Shown here one piece after another: positions 25,741 through 64,000 of a stretch of DNA of 64,000 nucleotides. The stretch comes from Hormiphora californensis. Its lineage: Eukaryota; Animalia; Ctenophora. Location of the stretch: the NCBI GenBank assembly GCA_020137815.1, contig CM035353.1, positions 6,200,001 through 6,264,000 on the forward strand. Reading direction: 5' to 3'. A program made the translations under genes and the position numbers. How positions within the stretch are numbered: the stretch's first letter is position 1; every line of letters begins with the position of its first letter. The notes under the pieces were generated by a model, which was not told where the DNA came from, ran no database searches, and saw nothing but the letters and a program-made list of their open reading frames with translations.

Positions 25741-28366
25741 TCAAACAAACATTTCCATGACATCCTTTACCAATCTCTCCACAAGGTTATCTTCCTTCTC
25801 TAGCTCTTCTTCTTCCCTTGGTGGACCATGGAAGGGGTTGACAGTGTACTGGTCGAGCCAGGTGGGATCCCACTGGCCCAGATAATCACGGAGAGCTCCC
25901 TCATCGGTACCGGGCTGGACGCACACCTCGTAACCACATCCCGGGTGACAGTAGTTTGTGCCCCGCTGTGTTGAAGCACAGTTCCCCAGTGAGGGCCCCT
26001 GACATGCAAGGTGGTACGGCACATACGTTCTACTGTGGTAGTGGTATTCGACCTTGCCCGTATCATCGGTAGGTCCAAAGTGGCCACCGCACTCATCCAC
26101 TATAGGAGCAGCACCACCGACATCTTGGTAGGAGTAAACCCCAAAACCGTCCATAGCCCAACCCACTAGCTGGCCGTGGTTGAAGGGCCTCGCGCCATGT
26201 CCGGCACCGATTGAAGCATTAAGGAAGGGCTCCAGGCACTCTGGGGATTTGTGGTAATGATATAGGGGAGGTCCTCCTGGTCCGGGGGGACCGGGTCCAG
26301 GGGGGATGTTACCGAGGGGAGGAGTTACATGACCTCCGCAGGTGAGCTGAATACCAGCCTCATCAATACTCACATCTCCGGCATCATTCGGACCCTGAGT
26401 AGGTACATGTAGGGTTACTATAATAAGGTTGTACACGTTGTACCCCTATAACAAAGGAGGGAGTGGGGTTGCTCAGTTGGATTCAATAGGCCTATTAATG
26501 GTATTTTCGTTGAGACTGTTGTTAGTAGCTAGAAGTTCTTCATGCACAAACCTGGATTCCAATTCCGTTAATGGCAGAGGCAGTTGCTGGTCCAATGGTT
26601 TTCTCTCCCCCGACAGTCTCCGCGTCGTACATATCACCAGGTCTGTCGTTTCTTGTTGGATTACCCACCTAAAACAATATAGTAGATACAACACATGTTC
26701 CGCAACACTGCAACAGATATTCACCAATAACACTAGCTGGTCACTACTCACTAGTGCTGTGATTGGTTCTTCTCACAACAAGTGCAGCCTTGTAACACTA
26801 TTATATAGTACCATTATATCGTTGTCTATCTTGTTAACTATTATCTAGTTTTTAGCACTCGATGTTAACAGTAACACTATTATCTAGTTTTTAGCACTCG
26901 ATGTTAACACTATTATCTAGTTTTTAGCACTCGATGTTAACACTATTATCTAGTTTTTAGCACTCGATGTTAACACTATTATCTAGTTTTTAGCACTCAA
27001 TGTTAACACTATTATCTAGTTTTTAGATGTTAACCTACCAGAAGGATCTTGTAGTTGGCTATCATGGTTACCCAAAAGTCCCCGTAAGACGAGGAACCTG
27101 GACCGTTGTCCTCGCCGCAGGTAAGATTAGGGAACTGGCATGTTCCACCTGCATGGGGTGAAATGGGGAGAAATGGGCTGGTAACATTGGGAATAATTTA
27201 GAGGAACTATTTAGTGACGTGTTGCCATGATCCCTACACAAGTGCAAACATGCAACTAGTGTGACATCAGAAACATGGGGGAGAATTAGAATGAGCTTGA
27301 TGGTTGAATGTTGACTACTTACCCTCGATTTCGGCAGCAACACAGTATCCCAAACCAATCCCCAGAGGACAGTAGGGGTTCACATAAAAGTTGGGCACGC
27401 TATTAGTGGTGATGTACCTGCAGTGTGTGTATATTATTTAGTTTGACATGTTTCCAGTCTGTCCGGTTACCCGGTACGTGAAAGCCGACCCGCGGGTCGA
27501 AAGACAGCCTGCATAGCCTGGCAAGATTTAGTCGGGTTGATGCTGTGAATTCTGAATTCTGATTGTCTCAATAACAATGTAGGTTCATGTCCAATGTGGT
27601 AACCACTGGTAAGGGTGCTAAGTAGGCACTCGATTTGTGGTAGCATAGTATCATTTGTATTGGCTGTTGCAGTAGCAGTGCAATAACAAAATTAGACCAA
27701 TATCCCGAATTATTATTAAAGTTAGGGAAGGCTAGTGCAGCTGCTGATCCATGAGACTTTTGGATGAGATCAAATCAGAGCTCTAACTATTGTAACTTTG
27801 TGAGACAGTGCATCTTCTTATAATAATAATCTGGTGAAATCTCTAATTCTCTCAGATATATTATTTTACCTATCAGTTCTACTACTTTATTATATTGTTG
27901 TGTTAGATACCCTTATCATATATATGCTATACATGTATTTTACTTCTACAACCTCGTTCCTACCTGTATTCCTCATCAGTTGTCATGTTAAAACAGTTGC
28001 CCCAGTTGGTTGCAGTGGAGGCATTTTGCCAGGTCACGGTTGAGCAGTTTGCCGCTATATCAGGGTAAACTGTGGTATCTTTCTTGTTCGCGTACCCGTG
28101 ACACCGTCCAGTTGTGTCCCTGAAATGTAGAGGCTGAGAGATTTTAAAGGATAGAAAGTACAGGGAGTGACACATGTGTTAGCACGGGGATGATTAAAAA
28201 GGATAGAAAGTAGCTAGAATTAGAGAGGATCGAGCACTCAGCACCTGTATCCCGTGTGGCATAGTGTCATTTGTTCCTCGGTTACAGAGGTTCTAAACAA
28301 GTTGGCTGTTGCAGGCTTTCCCTCGCTGACCACCGCCAGCACCGCCAGCAATACCAACAGTATCAT
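25741..28366 (-). CDS. Secreted YHYH-domain protein, 6 exons
   Basis: Exons 28366-28245 (MILLVLLAVLAVVSEG signal peptide), 28119-27964, 27417-27323 (RYITTNSVPNF), 27148-27039, 26668-26552 (AINGIGIQ) and 26394-25741 (CGGH..LYHYH..LVGWAMDGFGVY..DECGGH..EYHYH), matching the YHYH family motif order. Confidence 0.85.
26833..27033. repeat. 33-bp tandem repeat x6 abutting a splice donor
   Basis: GTTAACACTATTATCTAGTTTTTAGCACTCGAT units, starting within a few nt of the donor at 27038. Confidence 0.88.
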
Positions 28367-28744
28367 ATAGTCTGAAGCGTATATTAAGGTAATACGAAGT
28401 TGTGGCTTGTGTTAAAGACAGCACTCAGTGTATTGTGTAATGATTTATAATATCTTAACAAAGCAAAAAGGCATCCGGGTAAGGGAAAATTATTGGTACC
28501 TAGGTTATAAAAAGTGAACGTCAAAAACGCAGGAACCGAAATACCCCAACAACTTAAAAATATGCACTCTATAGAACTAAAAATGGATTCGAAAGAAATG
28601 CGAGACGGATAAGAATATATAAATCAGTTGGGCAACGTTTTTTATCAGTATTTTCCCATGATAGCACTTATTGGTTTAGCCTTTCACGTGAACTCACGTC
28701 CCATGTTGCTATCTTTTTTGCTACCAGACCTTTCTTTCTCTCTG

Positions 28745-28824
<80 letters not shown>

Positions 28825-28894
28825 TCTCTCGCTCTCACTCTTCTTTTCTCCGTCCAGCTGTTATCGTCGCATCGTTATTCAATATATTTGTGTC

Positions 28895-29123
28895 AAAGAA
28901 CAGTTCTATAGGAGAAGGAGCAAAGGGCAGCGAAACGCAAAAGAAAACAGCACCAAGATGTTTGTTTAGTTCAACATTCTGCTGGTTGCGGAAAAGGAAT
29001 AGGTAGTGCTACCATGAGCTGATCTTTCTGATAGGATGTAAAAACCCGAGCTACTCAAGCTGTCAACATTGCATAGTACGTATCTAGATCATCATTCATC
29101 AATGAATCATCATGTGTGCAGAT
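28895..29123 (+). repeat. ~230-bp interspersed repeat, copy 1 (copy 2 at 54151-54400)
   Basis: Shared AAAGArCAGTTCT..GAAGGAGCAAAG.GCAGCGAAACGCAAAA...GAGCTACTCAAGC...TCATTCATCAATGAATCATC..GTGTGCAGAT. Confidence 0.8.
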
Positions 29124-29937
29124 GTGAATTTCCGTACGAAGTAAATCGTGATTTTGGTGTCACTGTACATACTGGTGCAACTGATAATATCAGTGATATG
29201 TATCTAAAGGAATAGAACTCTATGCATTACTTCCTACTTGACAAAAGGAGGTTGGATCAGCTATAAAGCCATGTGAAATTTACAAAAAGCCAAGTGCAAG
29301 GGGGCTATGGGTTATGGGTTGTCAACTTTATTCGGCCAGGCAATGGTTATTGGTAATTTTGTTTTTGTATCCGACAGATCAGTAGAATGTGAGTCCTATC
29401 TTCTTTGGTTTTCAGCAGTACATGGCAATGTCTAATACCTCAAATTGCTTGCTACTCAGTATACACACCATTGAAGCACACGTCGTGAAGGGTTATATTG
29501 ACTTTGTATGTTGTGTATGAATTGAGTTTGTACATGTTCGCTAATCGCTAAAAATGGTCAGAAATTATCGTGACTCTTATTCAGACTCACAGTATGGTTT
29601 CAGCTTGCCTCATTAAGTTCGACCCTTCTCTCTTTCCCCTTGCCTCGGGTTTTTTAGATGCCGTCAGAGACATGTCTTTTTGTTCACCATAGCTCCCGGG
29701 TTTGTTTGATTGTCTGTAGTCTCCCCCTCGGCCTCATCTTGTTCTTTTCTAATAGCGTTCCCATGCTCTCTCGGGTTTATAAAACATGATTAACTACGTT
29801 GTAATCCCACACCACGAGATGGGTAAATCTAATACTGGAATTGAAGAATACAATTGCAGGGAGCTTTTCTCTCTCTATCACTCTTTCTCTCTCTTTCTCT
29901 CCCTTTCTCTCCCTTTCTCTCCCTTTCTCTCTCTCTC

Positions 29938-29992
<55 letters not shown>

Positions 29993-30219
29993 TTCTCTCT
30001 TTCTCTCTCTTTCTCTCTCACACTTATCTAGTTACACTTAGCTTATGACCACCCTACCACTTCTATTAGGAAGATTTTCCCTTTGCTTTGCTGTCAGTTT
30101 CGAGACCTAAATTATTTCAAATTAAAATATTATCAGACATTGATATTAAATTTAACTGTTCATGTTGATTTGTAAAAACGGCACTCACTTCATACTATCT
30201 AGGATGGAATAGCGATAAC

Positions 30220-63841
<33,622 letters not shown>

Positions 63842-64000
63842 GTGATTCAGCTGGGGGTTGAGTGGTGTGTTGGTTGCCTGACAATTGTTTATAGGGAGGA
63901 GGGGGAGAGTCATTGGGTTCATATTTATTGTACTGACACCATGCGCTAATCTCAAGAAGATATAAACAAGAAGAGATAAAACTGTACGTCTTACTACCAG

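Noticed and set aside
27638-27690. Patchy similarity to YHYH exon 1 inside intron 2
   Set aside because: Only short matches (GCATAGTrTCATTTGT, TTGGCTGTTGCAG) and no open spliceable frame; may be chance or an old relic.

Overview
Intron-rich eukaryotic (animal) genomic DNA, most likely from a cydippid ctenophore (Pleurobrachia/Hormiphora-like). That assignment is inferred from recalled MITE families, (AG)n density and gene content, not from a search. Exons were chained by hand using GT/AG sites and splice phase. Left half, all minus strand: two tandem LDL-receptor-related (LDLa/EGF/YWTD) units (839-3114, running off the window; 13212-23900) and a six-exon secreted YHYH-domain gene (25741-28366). 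The right half is one giant plus-strand gene (30220 to beyond 63841), a mega-thrombospondin-type protein: signal peptide, LRRs, PA14/fibro-slime-like, cadherin, Cys-rich, EGF, TSP type-3, TSP C-terminal L-lectin and LamG-like domains. Its introns hold other genes: two intronless antisense carbohydrate sulfotransferases, an antisense domain-of-unknown-function exon, and a complete same-strand 7-exon rhodopsin-class GPCR. The GPCR in turn contains an antisense kringle gene, giving three-level nesting. The main unexplained pattern is that exon-intron junctions are themselves duplicated or amplified into tandem arrays (16 donors, 27 donors, 6 acceptors and several doublets), and a small element has inserted twice exactly at splice donors. 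Also notable: a MITE inserted into a stop codon, and two nested genes bracketed by inverted repeats. Some stretches (about 6.4-9.1 kb, 33.7-35.0 kb, 58.9-59.1 kb) look like indel-prone sequence. No rRNA, tRNA or CRISPR array was recognised.
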